From an uncultured Nitrospiraceae bacterium (GTDB lineage Bacteria; Nitrospirota; Thermodesulfovibrionia; Thermodesulfovibrionales; SM23-35), in the NCBI GenBank assembly GCA_963727775.1, contig CAVSHB010000004.1, positions 64,001-128,000 on the forward strand: a DNA stretch of 64,000 nt. The letters are read 5' to 3'. Positions 21,377 through 32,706 of the stretch are shown here, in pieces. The stretch's first letter is position 1, and each line of letters starts with the position of its first letter. The translations under genes were made by a program, and so were the position numbers. Under the pieces are notes generated by a model. It was not told where the DNA came from. It did no database searches and saw nothing but the letters and a program-made list of their open reading frames with translations.

Positions 21377-22378
21377 ATGATTAATAGAAGCAGGAGGGAA
21401 GACAACGGCAGCAAGACAATAAAATCGGAAGTTGCAGCGGGATTTATTATCTTTTGCTGCTTATTGTTTGCTGTCTGCTGTGTCTTTGCTTCCTGCGGCA
21501 AAAAAGGCAGCCCTACCCTGAAATCTTATGAAAAGCCCGTCCAGCCTTCAGGACTTAAGGCCGTCCACAGAGAATCGGAGATTATCTTATTATGGGAATT
21601 TCCTAAAGATAAAGAACCGACAATCAAAGGTTTTCATATTATGAGGTCAGCCGGCGGGGATTTTGAAAAGATCGTTTTCCTCGAAAGCGATCGGCGTAGC
21701 TATTCAGATACAAATTTCAGGCTGGGTATCGAATATAAATATAAAATCATCTCTCAGAGTTTGAAGAACATTTTAAGCAACGATTCGAATATACTCGCTG
21801 TAAAACCGGCGGAACTTCCGGCTCCTCCGGAAAATCTTTCTTTTAAGGTCGAGCATGATTCACTGACGCTGGCATGGAAAAGCGCGGGAGAAGGAACCGT
21901 ATACAATATCTATAGAAGCATTAAAAGCGGCGAATATTCGTTAATGCCTGTTAATAAAGAGCCTGTGAAGGAAACTTTATACAGGGACAGTTTTACTGTC
22001 AATAAACCCGTTTACTATACCGTAAGGAGCCTGAAAGGAAGCGCTATTAGGGATGAAGGCCGTGCATCAGTGGAGATTAAGGTGGACCCTGAAGAATTCA
22101 CTCCGTCCGCTCCAGAGGCGTTGACGTCGGTGGCCACAGAAGATAAGATATATCTCTCCTGGAAAGAACCTCCCGAGACATGGGTAACCGGTTACAGAGT
22201 ATACAGGGAAATGACTAAAGAAGAAGGATATAAATTAATAGGGAAACCCATTACGCCTTTGTTTGTCGATAAAGACAATCCTTTGACACAAAGGAATTAC
22301 AAGGTAACTGCCGTAGGACCTTCCAGAGAGGGACCTCCCGCTGAAATATCAGGAGTAGTGTTTATAAAACCAAGGTAA
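21377..22378 (+). CDS. Fibronectin type III lipoprotein
   Basis: Lipobox ASCGKKG; repeated Fn3-like W..Y patterns. Confidence 0.75.
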   Translation: MINRSRREDNGSKTIKSEVAAGFIIFCCLLFAVCCVFASCGKKGSPTLKSYEKPVQPSGLKAVHRESEIILLWEFPKDKEPTIKGFHIMRSAGGDFEKIVFLESDRRSYSDTNFRLGIEYKYKIISQSLKNILSNDSNILAVKPAELPAPPENLSFKVEHDSLTLAWKSAGEGTVYNIYRSIKSGEYSLMPVNKEPVKETLYRDSFTVNKPVYYTVRSLKGSAIRDEGRASVEIKVDPEEFTPSAPEALTSVATEDKIYLSWKEPPETWVTGYRVYREMTKEEGYKLIGKPITPLFVDKDNPLTQRNYKVTAVGPSREGPPAEISGVVFIKPR

Positions 22379-22390
22379 GTCCGGGCTCTG

Positions 22391-22915
22391 TCAAAACAAT
22401 TGTTTCGGTTCCGCGCCGAGACGACCCATATAGTTTGTAAATTCGTGTTCAAAATTGTCACTTAATATCTTTGTACCCATGGCCTTTGTGATCTCATCCA
22501 AACTCCAGAACTTTACCTCATCAATCTCTTCTTTGTTGAAGGATATATCTCCCTCATGCACGCAGAAATAAGTGGCAACAAGTTCTGTCTCGTATGAATT
22601 AGTATGGATATACGAATAAAGATATTCGGGTTCACACACCGAGATGCCGAGTTCTTCATGCATCTCCCTTTTTGAAGATACGGACAGCTCTTCTCCTATC
22701 CCCACATGCCCGCCAACCGATGTGTCCCACCTGCCCGGGGCAACGTCCTTGCTCAGTGACCGCTTCTGCAATAGAAGGTCGCCTTTTTTGTTAAAGACCA
22801 GTATATGCACCACCCTGTGAATTAACGACGGATTGCCGTGGACCTGTGACCTCAGGGCTGAGCCGATTACTTCACCCTTATAATTTACAACATCTAAATG
22901 CTCGTCCGCATCCAT
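22391..22915 (-). CDS. NUDIX hydrolase (Idi-like)
   Basis: LLLQKRS, GGHV..GE..REMHEELG. Confidence 0.9.
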   Translation of the reverse strand: MDADEHLDVVNYKGEVIGSALRSQVHGNPSLIHRVVHILVFNKKGDLLLQKRSLSKDVAPGRWDTSVGGHVGIGEELSVSSKREMHEELGISVCEPEYLYSYIHTNSYETELVATYFCVHEGDISFNKEEIDEVKFWSLDEITKAMGTKILSDNFEHEFTNYMGRLGAEPKQLF

Positions 22916-23000
22916 GATGTTTTATTTTACAACAAACCGTTGTTTTGATGAATACAGGGATTGAATATTTATAGAGATTTTGAAAGAAAGGTTTTTAGGA

Positions 23001-23037
23001 TGCAGGTCCCGACAAAATCGGGACCTGCAATTTTTTT
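23001..23037. terminator. Rho-independent terminator hairpin downstream of csp
   Basis: tgcaggtcccga-caaaa-tcgggacctgca. Confidence 0.75.
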
Positions 23038-23040
23038 CAG

Positions 23041-23241
23041 TTAAATTTTCGTTACGTTTTCGGCTTTGGGTCCCTTGGGGCCATCGACAACCTCAAAGCT
23101 TACTGCTTGCCCTTCAGCCAATGTCTTAAATCCGTTGCCCTGAATGGCAGAGTAATGAACAAAGACATCCCCTCCATCTTCTTTGGTAACGAATCCAAAC
23201 CCTTTGGACTCGTTGAACCATTTAACGGTCCCTTTTACCAT
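23041..23241 (-). CDS. csp: Cold-shock protein
   Basis: [21 protein letters not shown]. Confidence 0.97.
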   Translation of the reverse strand: MVKGTVKWFNESKGFGFVTKEDGGDVFVHYSAIQGNGFKTLAEGQAVSFEVVDGPKGPKAENVTKI

Positions 23242-23459
23242 ATTGCGACACCTCCTTGATAATTAAAAATCGAAGATTACGGAATAATGGTATAGAAGCT
23301 GCAAAGTCCAAAGTCCTTGAAGCTATATACAACAATACTTCCGAAACTTCGCCGATAGTATTGCACAGCAATCGCGAAAAGGTCAAGATTGCAAATTGTT
23401 GACATAAGACTCGGATTTGTTTACTCTAAACTAAAAATGGAAACAGGTTAATCCGGTCT

Positions 23460-24047
23460 ATGAAAGACAAAATACTTAAAGCCTTTGAAGAGAGTATACG
23501 CGTTAAAGAAAAATTCATTGAAGACAAAAATATCGACAGAATAATCGAGGTTGCAAGGACGATTGCCAATGCCTTCAATGACGGCAAAAAATTGATCCTG
23601 TTCGGAAACGGCGGAAGCTCGACCGATGCATCTCATATAGCAGCGGAATTTATCAATAGGTTTAAAAGGGAGCGTCCGGGCCTTCCTGCCATATCGCTCA
23701 ATTCAGACATGGCAGTCATTACATCCATTGCCAATGATTATGACTTTTCCGAGATATATTCAAAACAACTTAAAGCCATTTCCGAAGAAGGAGATATTGT
23801 CATTGCGATCAGCACAAGCGGAAATTCTCCCAATATCATGAAGGCGATGGATGTGGCTAAAAAGAAGAAGCTGACAACTATCGCTCTGACCGGTCTGAAA
23901 GGAGAGAAGTTCGCCTCCAAAGCCACATATGCTTTCGTAGTTCCTTCCGACAGCACTCCGAGGATTCAGGAAACGCACATAACGCTCGGCCATGTCTTAT
24001 GCCAGATGGTGGAAGAGATACTCTTTGAAGTGCCGAGGAAGAAATAG
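23460..24047 (+). CDS. gmhA: D-sedoheptulose-7-phosphate isomerase
   Basis: GNGGS, ANDY, STSGNS, RIQETH. Confidence 0.95.
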   Translation: MKDKILKAFEESIRVKEKFIEDKNIDRIIEVARTIANAFNDGKKLILFGNGGSSTDASHIAAEFINRFKRERPGLPAISLNSDMAVITSIANDYDFSEIYSKQLKAISEEGDIVIAISTSGNSPNIMKAMDVAKKKKLTTIALTGLKGEKFASKATYAFVVPSDSTPRIQETHITLGHVLCQMVEEILFEVPRKK

Positions 24048-24065
24048 CTTCAGAACAGCAGGCGT

Positions 24066-24551
24066 ATGATAATACTCGGCATTGATCCCGGCTTAGCAAC
24101 GACCGGCTTCGGCGCAATCCACTGTGACAGGGCTGTGCCGGCCGTTTTGAAATGCGGGTATATTAAAACATCGCCCTCGGAGCATATATCAATCAGACTG
24201 TCCAATATCCATGCGGACTTGAACAGTCTGATCCATTCATTGCACCCTGATTTAATAGCTGTGGAAAACGTCTTTTCATTGGTCAGATATCCGAAAGCCG
24301 GTATATTATTAGGAAGTGTTTTAGGTATTATATACTTGTCCGTTTTTCAAAATAATGTGTCTATGGTCGAGATTACGCCAAAGGAAATAAAGAATTCACT
24401 GTCGGGATTCGGAGGCGCTGATAAATATCAAATGAAGGCTGTCATAAAAGATTTGCTTAAGATCTCCGATATCAAATCTCTGCATGCATCCGATGCTCTG
24501 GCTGTTGCTTTGACCGCATTTTATCGAAAGCTGCCAAAGGGGAACCGGTGA
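24066..24551 (+). CDS. ruvC: Holliday junction resolvase
   Basis: ILGIDPG, AVE, DALAVA. Confidence 0.93.
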   Translation: MIILGIDPGLATTGFGAIHCDRAVPAVLKCGYIKTSPSEHISIRLSNIHADLNSLIHSLHPDLIAVENVFSLVRYPKAGILLGSVLGIIYLSVFQNNVSMVEITPKEIKNSLSGFGGADKYQMKAVIKDLLKISDIKSLHASDALAVALTAFYRKLPKGNR

Positions 24552-25168
24552 TATCCTATTTAAAAGGGACGCTGAGAATCAACAGGGCATACGACGACAG
24601 GATAACCTTAATAGTAAACGGGATAGGTTACGATGTATTGATCCCCGCATATTTCATGAACAGGCTTAAAAAAGAAAATGCGGACGGAGATGAACTGGAA
24701 CTGCATGTCTCTTTCAACCAGACTGAGAGGCAGCCGAAACCCGTGCTTGTCGGGTTTCAATCACCCCTGGACAAAGAATTCTTTGAACTTTTCATATCCG
24801 TTGAAGATATCGGTCCTACCGCCGCTATTAGGGCTTTGACAAAACCCGTAAGAGAAATAGCGCGTTCTATCGAAGGGAAAGATACAAAGGCGTTAAAACA
24901 GTTAAAGGGCATCGGCGATAGAAAAGCGGAAAAGATAATCGCCACTCTCAAAGGTAAAACGGCAAAATACGCATTAATGCCTGAAGTGGAAGTGGTGACC
25001 GAACTTGCGGAAGATTTCAGGAAGGAAGTTGAAGAGGTTCTCATAACCCAATTAGGGCATAAGCATTTTGAAGCGCAACAGATGATCGAAGATGCTTTAA
25101 AGAGAGACCCCGGCATCAACTCGTCGGAAGAATTATTTGAAGAGGTATACAGGGGCCAGAAGAAGTGA
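24548..25168 (+). CDS. ruvA: Holliday junction DNA-binding protein
   Basis: MISYLKG, GIGY, HhH motif KGIG; between ruvC and ruvB. Confidence 0.9.
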   Translation: MISYLKGTLRINRAYDDRITLIVNGIGYDVLIPAYFMNRLKKENADGDELELHVSFNQTERQPKPVLVGFQSPLDKEFFELFISVEDIGPTAAIRALTKPVREIARSIEGKDTKALKQLKGIGDRKAEKIIATLKGKTAKYALMPEVEVVTELAEDFRKEVEEVLITQLGHKHFEAQQMIEDALKRDPGINSSEELFEEVYRGQKK

Positions 25169-26223
25169 TCCACGAAGAAGCGGAAAATATCCCGGATATC
25201 TTGAAAGAAAGCAGTCCCCTTGATGATGAAAACACCTTTTCACTGCGGCCTGATCGTCTTTCCGAATACATAGGACAGGACAAAATAGTAGAAACGCTGA
25301 AGATCGCCATAGAGGCGGCTTTGCAAAGAAAAGAATCTCTGGACCATATACTCTTCAACGGCCCGCCCGGTCTCGGAAAAACAACATTGGCGCATATCAT
25401 CGCCAATGAGATGGGCACTAAAATTGTTACGTCCTCCGGTCCCGCATTGGAAAAAGGCGGGGATTTGATGGGGATACTGACCCACCTTGAAAAAGGCGAC
25501 ATCCTTTTCATTGATGAAATACACAGGATCCCTAAAATCGTTGAGGAATTCCTTTATCCTGCAATGGAAGATTATGCGGTGGATTTTATATTCGACAAAG
25601 GCGTGCACGCAAGGACCCACCGGTACAGGCTTGAACCATTTACATTAATCGGCGCAACTACCAGGGCGGGACTCCTGTCTTCTCCTTTGAGGGAAAGGTT
25701 CGGTATCACAAGAGACCTGGATTTCTATAATGAAAAGGATCTGGTACTTATCGTAAACCGCTCCGCATCCATACTAGATATACCGATAGAAAAAGACGGG
25801 TCTTATGAAATAGCCCTCAGGGCAAGAGGCACTCCGAGGGTAGCAAACAGGCTATTGAAGCGCGTGCGCGATTATGCGCAAGTCAGGGCCGAGGGGAAAA
25901 TAACTAAAGATGTTGCCATGGAAGCATTGGCACTGGAAGGGATCGATGGGTCCGGCCTTGGAGAAACGGACAGGAAATTATTAAAAACTATTATCTATAA
26001 TTACAAAGGCGGTCCGGTCGGTATTGAAGCTTTGGCCTCAACCCTCCAGCTTGAAACGGACGTCCTGCTGGATGTAGTTGAACCTTATTTATTGAAAATA
26101 GGCTTCATCATAAGAACATCCCACGGAAGAAAGGCCACGGAAAAGGCTTACAGCCATCTAAATATTTCCTTTAAGAAAGAGCTGGGGCTATTCGAAGGGA
26201 ATAAGAGTAAACAGCATTTATAG
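25165..26223 (+). CDS. ruvB: Holliday junction helicase
   Basis: [28 protein letters not shown]. Confidence 0.98.
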   Translation: MIHEEAENIPDILKESSPLDDENTFSLRPDRLSEYIGQDKIVETLKIAIEAALQRKESLDHILFNGPPGLGKTTLAHIIANEMGTKIVTSSGPALEKGGDLMGILTHLEKGDILFIDEIHRIPKIVEEFLYPAMEDYAVDFIFDKGVHARTHRYRLEPFTLIGATTRAGLLSSPLRERFGITRDLDFYNEKDLVLIVNRSASILDIPIEKDGSYEIALRARGTPRVANRLLKRVRDYAQVRAEGKITKDVAMEALALEGIDGSGLGETDRKLLKTIIYNYKGGPVGIEALASTLQLETDVLLDVVEPYLLKIGFIIRTSHGRKATEKAYSHLNISFKKELGLFEGNKSKQHL

Positions 26224-26275
26224 GCCGCTAACAGACCGTTCATATTAAAGTCCGAAAGTTATATAATTAAACAAG

Positions 26276-26848
26276 ATGAAGCTCTTGATGCATATCTGTT
26301 GCGCGAACTGCTGTTTATATCCATTGCAAAGTCTGTTTTCAAAAGGCATTGAGATAAAAGGGTTTTGGCTCAACCCGAATATCCATCCCTATACCGAATA
26401 TAAATTGCGCCTCGATTCCCTGCAAAAATTGCAGAAAGAATGGGACCTCGATATCGAATATATCGATGGATATGGACTGAAAAAGTTTCTAAGGGCAGTC
26501 GTAAATAATGAAGAAAACAGATGCAGCTTTTGCTATTACATGAGGCTTGAAGAGACGGCAAGGACCGCAAGGGAAATGGGACTCGACGGTTTTACGACCT
26601 CTCTGCTTGTAAGTCCTTACCAGAAATTTGATATGATAGTCGATATCGGCAGGGAAATGGAGCGGAGATATTCCATCCGGTTTTATGGTGAAGATTTCAG
26701 GCCCGGTTGGACAAAGGGCATTGGCTTGTCAAAAGAGCTTGGACTATACAGGCAAAAGTATTGCGGTTGCGTTTATTCGGAGATGGAGCGATACCTTAAG
26801 AGAGCACCAGACCGGAATGAGGATAAGAAAAAAACAAGTTATGACTGA
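26276..26848 (+). CDS. queH: Epoxyqueuosine reductase QueH
   Basis: LMHICCANC, NPNIHP, YRQKYCGC. Confidence 0.92.
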   Translation: MKLLMHICCANCCLYPLQSLFSKGIEIKGFWLNPNIHPYTEYKLRLDSLQKLQKEWDLDIEYIDGYGLKKFLRAVVNNEENRCSFCYYMRLEETARTAREMGLDGFTTSLLVSPYQKFDMIVDIGREMERRYSIRFYGEDFRPGWTKGIGLSKELGLYRQKYCGCVYSEMERYLKRAPDRNEDKKKTSYD

Positions 26849-27068
26849 CGGGTTACAATATATGGGTAAATTTCTTATCGCTCTCGGGGTCATTGTAATT
26901 GCAGTCGGAGGGTTACTCCTTTTGTCAGGCAAGGTCCCTTGGCTAGGCAGGCTTCCGGGGGACTTACTTATTCAAAAGAAGAATTTCACTTTTTATTTTC
27001 CATTGGCGACAAGTTTATTGTTGAGCTTGCTGTTGACCTTAATCTTTTGGCTCCTCAGGCATAAATAA
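26841..27068 (+). CDS. DUF2905 membrane protein
   Basis: LGRLPGD..FYFPLATS. Confidence 0.88.
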   Translation: MTDGLQYMGKFLIALGVIVIAVGGLLLLSGKVPWLGRLPGDLLIQKKNFTFYFPLATSLLLSLLLTLIFWLLRHK

Positions 27069-27072
27069 AAAC

Positions 27073-28065
27073 ATGAAAAAAATAACCGTATCTTTGTTCA
27101 CGATTATGGCCATCGTTATCATGGCGGCAAACGCCTATTCCAAAGACAGCATTAAGGTGCTCATTCTGAATGATATTTGTTCAAAGGTCCCTGAGAAGAA
27201 CGAAAAAATGGAAAGACTCGGAAGTATGAAGGGAGACCTCCTCCTCATGGGGACGCGGTACACCGGTAATATCGACGTATGGAGAGGCGACAACGGCCTT
27301 TACGTAGTCAATGAATTGCCGTTGGAGGATTATGTCAAAGATGTAGTTGCGGCTGAAGTCGGACAAAGCTGGGACATGGAAGCGCTTAAGGCCCAAGCCG
27401 TCGTATCAAGGACATATGCCGTATACCAAAAAAATTCGGCGAACGGCAATTCAATATATCATATTGCGTCGTCGGTCCTTAACCAGGTATATAAAGGGAA
27501 CAGCGCCGACGCCAGGATAGCATATGCCGTTACGGAAACCAAAGGCGAAATACTCACATACAACGGCGAACCCATAGAGGCCTTTTACCATTCAACCTGC
27601 GGCGGAAAGACCGAAAACCCACAGGATGTCTTCGGAAAAAGTCTGCCTTATCTAAAGTCCGTGGAATCAGACTGTGATCTATCACCTTACCGGACATGGG
27701 ACAGGAAAATACCGCTGACGGAAATTGAAAAGGCATTGCGCCTTACCGGGATTAAAAAAATATCGATTAAATCCTATACTTCAACAGGCAGGGTAAAACA
27801 GCTTGCCGTAACAAGCAGTTCCGGTACGTCGGCGATCAACGCGACCGATTTAAGAAAGACCTTGGGATGGAGCCGCCTGCCGAGCACAAATTTTACTCTG
27901 TCAAATGACGGAGACTCAATCTTATTTGAGGGGAAGGGATACGGCCACGGCGTCGGCCTTTGTCAGTGGAGTGCGCTGAAGATGGCGCGCGACGGGAAAA
28001 CTTACAAAGAAATACTGTCCTTTTTTTATCCGGGAACGATAATACAACTTAATGAAAGTCTCTGA
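27073..28065 (+). CDS. SpoIID/LytB domain protein
   Basis: EALKAQAVVSRTY, GHGVGLCQ. Confidence 0.93.
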   Translation: MKKITVSLFTIMAIVIMAANAYSKDSIKVLILNDICSKVPEKNEKMERLGSMKGDLLLMGTRYTGNIDVWRGDNGLYVVNELPLEDYVKDVVAAEVGQSWDMEALKAQAVVSRTYAVYQKNSANGNSIYHIASSVLNQVYKGNSADARIAYAVTETKGEILTYNGEPIEAFYHSTCGGKTENPQDVFGKSLPYLKSVESDCDLSPYRTWDRKIPLTEIEKALRLTGIKKISIKSYTSTGRVKQLAVTSSSGTSAINATDLRKTLGWSRLPSTNFTLSNDGDSILFEGKGYGHGVGLCQWSALKMARDGKTYKEILSFFYPGTIIQLNESL

Positions 28066-29059
28066 TTTCGATTATTCATTGCCTGAAAACCTGATAGCAA
28101 AAACACCCCTGAAGGAGCGCTCCGTTTCAAGACTGCTCGTGCTTCACAGGGACTGTTTTATAGAACACAAAAGGTTCTCCGACCTGCCTTCATATCTTGA
28201 CAAAGGCGATATTCTCCTAATAAATAACACAAAAGTTTTCCCTGCGAGGCTTACAGGATCGAAAAAAGATGGATCCAGGCTGGAGATCCTTCTTGTAAAA
28301 GAGAGTGCTGACGGAGTTTGGGAAGTTATGACCAAAGGTAATTTTACCGGTACGCTGAAGATCTCTGATGATCTGACGGCAGAGCTTTATAAAGGAACAA
28401 CCGCACGCTTTATATATTCCGGAAACTTTAGGGATATCATCTGGAAGCAGGGGAATATGCCTCTGCCGCCATATATCCGGCGGATGCCTGATGAATCGGA
28501 CAGGGAAAGTTACCAGACGATTTTCGCAAAAAATGAAGGGTCCATAGCCGCCCCTACAGCGGGACTTCACTTTACAGACGCACTCCTTACCCAGATAGCT
28601 TCTAAAGGGATACTGATCAAAGAACTTACCCTTCACGTTGGCATCGGCACATTCAAGCCTATCAGGACAGAAGATATCGAAGAACATTCAATGGACTCCG
28701 AGTATTTTGAGATGGACAAAGACCTCATTTCTGAAATTAAAGATACGAAGGCTTCAGGTAAAAGGGTGGTGTCTGTCGGGACAACCACAACAAGGGCGTT
28801 GGAAGGATATATGAGCGGCAAGTCTTCCATCATATCTGAAAATGTGAGATTAAAAGGCACAACCGATATTTTCATATATCCCGGATATTCCTTTAAGGTC
28901 ATCGATTCGCTCGTAACAAATTTTCACCTTCCCAGGTCAACCCCTTTGATGCTGGCCTCCGCCTTTTGCGGCTGGAAATATCTGGCAAAAGCTTACAAGG
29001 AAGCGATCCATTCCGAGTATAGATTTCTCTCATATGGTGATGCTATGCTTATCTTATGA
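28052..29059 (+). CDS. queA: tRNA preQ1 SAM ribosyltransferase-isomerase
   Basis: PLPPYI, AAPTAGLHF, TNFHLP, SYGDAM. Confidence 0.97.
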   Translation: MKVSDFDYSLPENLIAKTPLKERSVSRLLVLHRDCFIEHKRFSDLPSYLDKGDILLINNTKVFPARLTGSKKDGSRLEILLVKESADGVWEVMTKGNFTGTLKISDDLTAELYKGTTARFIYSGNFRDIIWKQGNMPLPPYIRRMPDESDRESYQTIFAKNEGSIAAPTAGLHFTDALLTQIASKGILIKELTLHVGIGTFKPIRTEDIEEHSMDSEYFEMDKDLISEIKDTKASGKRVVSVGTTTTRALEGYMSGKSSIISENVRLKGTTDIFIYPGYSFKVIDSLVTNFHLPRSTPLMLASAFCGWKYLAKAYKEAIHSEYRFLSYGDAMLIL

Positions 29060-29733
29060 AACAGACCGATTTAAAGAAAAAATCGTCCGTAATTTTCCTC
29101 GGAAAAGGGATTATTATCCTGTCAATAATCACTATTTCTTCCGTAAGTTTTGTGCTCGGTTTTTTTGTAGGCAAAACGTCCCACCCTTCCGCAGAGAATT
29201 ATATCCCGACCGTTTCTTTACAGGATAGCGCGGTGCAAAAAGAGAAAGCGGCTGAAGTGGCAAAGGCATTGCCCCCCGTCCATACAACAGTTCAGGACCA
29301 GGAGACCAATCAGTTAGTTGCGCCTCAGGATACGAAACAATCCCAGGAAGTACAACGTGCTGAAACAATACAAAACAAAGACCCGCAACAAACCATTCAG
29401 CCTAAGGCAACGGAAAAACCTAAATTAAAGCAGGATGATAAAGAATCCGATGAGAACCTGGAACCCCGGAAAACCTCAAAGACATCGAAGGCAAAAAAAT
29501 ACACGCTCCAGGCAGGCGCCTTTAAAAACGCCTCTGAGGCGAATGCCCTTAAGTCGAAACTCCAAAAAAAAGGGTATAAGATATCCGTGACAACGACAAA
29601 ATCAAAGAACCACGAAAAACTCTATAAAGTGTTGGTCGGCGAATTCAACATCAGGAAAGAAGCTGAATTGCTCGCAGTTAAGATGAAAAAAAGCGAGGGG
29701 CTGCATCCCTTCGTAACCTTGAAAACAAATTAG
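29056..29733 (+). CDS. SPOR domain protein
   Basis: N-terminal TM, linker, C-terminal YTLQAGAF. Confidence 0.85.
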   Translation: MKQTDLKKKSSVIFLGKGIIILSIITISSVSFVLGFFVGKTSHPSAENYIPTVSLQDSAVQKEKAAEVAKALPPVHTTVQDQETNQLVAPQDTKQSQEVQRAETIQNKDPQQTIQPKATEKPKLKQDDKESDENLEPRKTSKTSKAKKYTLQAGAFKNASEANALKSKLQKKGYKISVTTTKSKNHEKLYKVLVGEFNIRKEAELLAVKMKKSEGLHPFVTLKTN

Positions 29734-29742
29734 AGGGGCTTT

Positions 29743-30711
29743 ACGTTAACATTAGAGATCGAACTCGACAGCGAAAAAGAATCCGGACTTCTATTCGGCA
29801 GGCTTGATAAAAACCTTAAGGTAATCGAGGAGACCCTCGGCGTCATTGCCTCTCAACGCGGTAACAAAATATTTTTACAGGGGGCTGATAAGTCCGTGGA
29901 AAAAGCCGGGAAAATCATCCGGGACATCCGGTCGATAAACTCGGAAGGCTACAATCTCAATCCTGAAGATATCCGTTACGCGCTGAGGTCCGCATTGTCG
30001 GAAGACGGATATACATCAGTCAAGGACCTGTTCCTGAACAATATCCCCGTGTCTTCAAAAAAACGGTTTATCATACCTAAAACAGAGACCCAGAGACAGT
30101 ATATTGAAGCGATAAAAAATTATGACATCGTTATAGGCATCGGACCTGCCGGCACTGGAAAAACATATCTTGCGATGGCGATGGCCATTAATGCGTTTCT
30201 TAAAAAACAGGTAAGCAGGATAGTCCTTGCGAGGCCGGCTGTGGAAGCCGGAGAAAAACTCGGGTTCCTGCCCGGAGATTTATATGAGAAGGTAAATCCT
30301 TACCTCAGACCCTTGTATGACGCATTATTTGATATGATGGAGGCGGAGAAGGCAGGAAAACTGGTGGACAGGGGGATCATCGAGATAGCGCCGTTGGCAT
30401 TTATGAGAGGCCGGACCTTAAACGACTCGTTCATAATCCTCGATGAGGCGCAGAACACTACTTCCGAGCAGATGAAGATGTATCTTACAAGGCTCGGTTT
30501 TAACTCAAAGACGGTCATCACAGGCGATATCACGCAGATAGACCTGCCCCACGGAAAATCATCCGGCCTTATAGAGGCAGAGAAGATACTGAACGGCGTC
30601 GAAGGCATCAAATTCATATATTTTTCCGAGAAGGATGTGGTAAGACATAAGCTCGTCCAGGAAATTGTAAAGGCATACGAACGTTATGAAAAACGGTCAG
30701 CAGAAGACTAA
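29743..30711 (+). CDS. phoH: PhoH-family ATPase
   Basis: GPAGTGKT, RPAVEAGE, DEAQN; the frame extends upstream of 29896 with LFG..D.NLK.IEE.LGV. Confidence 0.93.
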   Translation, partial: TLTLEIELDSEKESGLLFGRLDKNLKVIEETLGVIASQRGNKIFLQGADKSVEKAGKIIRDIRSINSEGYNLNPEDIRYALRSALSEDGYTSVKDLFLNNIPVSSKKRFIIPKTETQRQYIEAIKNYDIVIGIGPAGTGKTYLAMAMAINAFLKKQVSRIVLARPAVEAGEKLGFLPGDLYEKVNPYLRPLYDALFDMMEAEKAGKLVDRGIIEIAPLAFMRGRTLNDSFIILDEAQNTTSEQMKMYLTRLGFNSKTVITGDITQIDLPHGKSSGLIEAEKILNGVEGIKFIYFSEKDVVRHKLVQEIVKAYERYEKRSAED

Positions 30712-32290
30712 GATACAGAACGTTACGGACCATTTAAGGACCTTTGTGAACGGGCAGGCGCCAAAGACAAACGGCGCGCCCGTTCAATCCGCAGGGCAGA
30801 ATAAATTTCCAAGGTTATATTTCATCATACTGTGCGGGCTTATAGCCTCACTCTCTATACAGAAAACACTCGGCATAGAACAGTTGCTCGGCGGTTTTTT
30901 CATCTCTTGTCTGCTGTTGTTTATTTTCTACAGAGACATCATGAGGTACAAACCTGCCTACATTAAAAAATATAATATGCTCCTCCTTCTCGGCCTGTTG
31001 ATCATCGGGACAATACTTATAGGCAGGCTCTTCGGCTATCTCTTTCAAAACCTTTCAAAAGGACTTGAGTACAAATACCTGGACAGCGCCCTATTCGGCG
31101 TTCCCATACCAGTCGGGGCGATGTTCGTTTCTCTCCTTTTTGATTTTCATACCGCAATAATATTTTCATTCATTGTCAGCCTGCTCACAGGCCTATGGCT
31201 TCATGACGCCTCATATACTATCTACGCATTTGTCGGAAGCATTACGGCGGCCTTCGGCGTTATACGGTGCAAGAAAAGGTCCGCGCTCCTGAAAGGAGGC
31301 GGATACGTTATTGCGGCAAACATTATGACCGTCATAATAATACTCCTTTTTAAGGGCGAGCTTTTCACCGTTAAAGCGCCGCCTTCAATGCTGTTCGCCG
31401 CGCTCGGAGGCATAAGCGTTACCGCTATTGTTTCGATCCTGCTCCCCGTCATCGAGTATCTGTTTAAGGTAACCACCGATATAAGCCTGCTCGAACTTCT
31501 TGATCTCAACCAGCCGATAATGAAAAGCCTCATGATCAGCGCGCCCGGGACATATCATCACAGCGTCATCGTCGGTAATCTGGTGGAATCCGCTGCGGAA
31601 GCGGTCGGCGTAAACCCCTTGCTTGCAAGGGTGAGCGCGTATTACCACGACATAGGCAAAGTAAAGATGCCCGATTATTTTGTGGAGAATCAGAGCGGTT
31701 CGATCAGCAGGCATGAGAAATTGACGCCCCATATGAGCAGTATGATAATCACGAACCACGTTAAGGAAGGAGTCGAACTTGCCAGGCAGCACAAGCTTCC
31801 CGAACCTATCATCGACATAATTGAGCAGCACCACGGCACTATGGTAATCAGCTATTTCTACCAGAAAGCAAAGCAGAAGGGAGATATTGCCCTGCCTACG
31901 GAGGAAGATTACAAATACCACGGCCCGAAACCGCAGACACGCGTTGCCGCATTGGTAATGATGGCCGACGCGGTGGAAGCAGCGTCAAAGGTCCTCACAG
32001 ACCCTACCCCTGCGAGAATATCATCGCTGGTGGACAGGATCATAAACCATATATTCCTCGAAGGCCAACTTGATGAATGCGAGCTTACTCTGAAAGATAT
32101 ACATGAGATAAAAAGGCGTTTCACGTTTATCCTTACCGGCATATTCCATAAAAGGATAGATTATCCCGGGTTTGATTTTACAGATGAAAGTCTACATAAA
32201 GAACCAACAAAAACTTATAAGGATAAACCAGCAGAGGATAGTATACCTTCTCCGGAAGGCCCTTCGACTGCTCGGTCTCCGCGAGGCTGA
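30686..32290 (+). CDS. Membrane HD phosphohydrolase (PgpH-like)
   Basis: Multiple TM helices, APGTYHHS, YYHDIGK, HHGT. Confidence 0.9.
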   Translation: MKNGQQKTKIQNVTDHLRTFVNGQAPKTNGAPVQSAGQNKFPRLYFIILCGLIASLSIQKTLGIEQLLGGFFISCLLLFIFYRDIMRYKPAYIKKYNMLLLLGLLIIGTILIGRLFGYLFQNLSKGLEYKYLDSALFGVPIPVGAMFVSLLFDFHTAIIFSFIVSLLTGLWLHDASYTIYAFVGSITAAFGVIRCKKRSALLKGGGYVIAANIMTVIIILLFKGELFTVKAPPSMLFAALGGISVTAIVSILLPVIEYLFKVTTDISLLELLDLNQPIMKSLMISAPGTYHHSVIVGNLVESAAEAVGVNPLLARVSAYYHDIGKVKMPDYFVENQSGSISRHEKLTPHMSSMIITNHVKEGVELARQHKLPEPIIDIIEQHHGTMVISYFYQKAKQKGDIALPTEEDYKYHGPKPQTRVAALVMMADAVEAASKVLTDPTPARISSLVDRIINHIFLEGQLDECELTLKDIHEIKRRFTFILTGIFHKRIDYPGFDFTDESLHKEPTKTYKDKPAEDSIPSPEGPSTARSPRG

Positions 32291-32684
32291 ACTCAGCATA
32301 CTCCTTGTCAATGACAGGAGGATGAGTAGGCTGAACCTTCAATATCGTGGGCTGGATAAGACCACGGACGTCCTGTCATTTCCCCAGCTGAGCATTGAAG
32401 AACTCGGGAGCAAATGCCCGGAAAACAATTGCAAATCTTCCGTGCTTCGAACTTTAAAACTTCAGGCTTCAGACTATAGCTTGCCCCTCGGTGACATTGT
32501 CATCAATCTTCATAGGGCACAAAGACAGGCAGAGGAGAATGGGGTCTCCTTTAATGAAGAATTGAAAAGGCTCCTGATACACGGACTTCTCCATCTCATC
32601 GGACATGATCATGAAAAAAACCGGTATGCAGAAAGAAAGATGCGGGGCAAAGCAGAAGAACTTTACAAAGCTTTAGGGCTATAG
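32184..32684 (+). CDS. ybeY: rRNA maturation RNase YbeY
   Basis: TDVLSF, LGDIVI, HGLLHLIGHDH. Confidence 0.95.
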   Translation: MKVYIKNQQKLIRINQQRIVYLLRKALRLLGLREAELSILLVNDRRMSRLNLQYRGLDKTTDVLSFPQLSIEELGSKCPENNCKSSVLRTLKLQASDYSLPLGDIVINLHRAQRQAEENGVSFNEELKRLLIHGLLHLIGHDHEKNRYAERKMRGKAEELYKALGL

Positions 32685-32706
32685 TTTTTTGCGGCATAGC
32701 ACAAAA

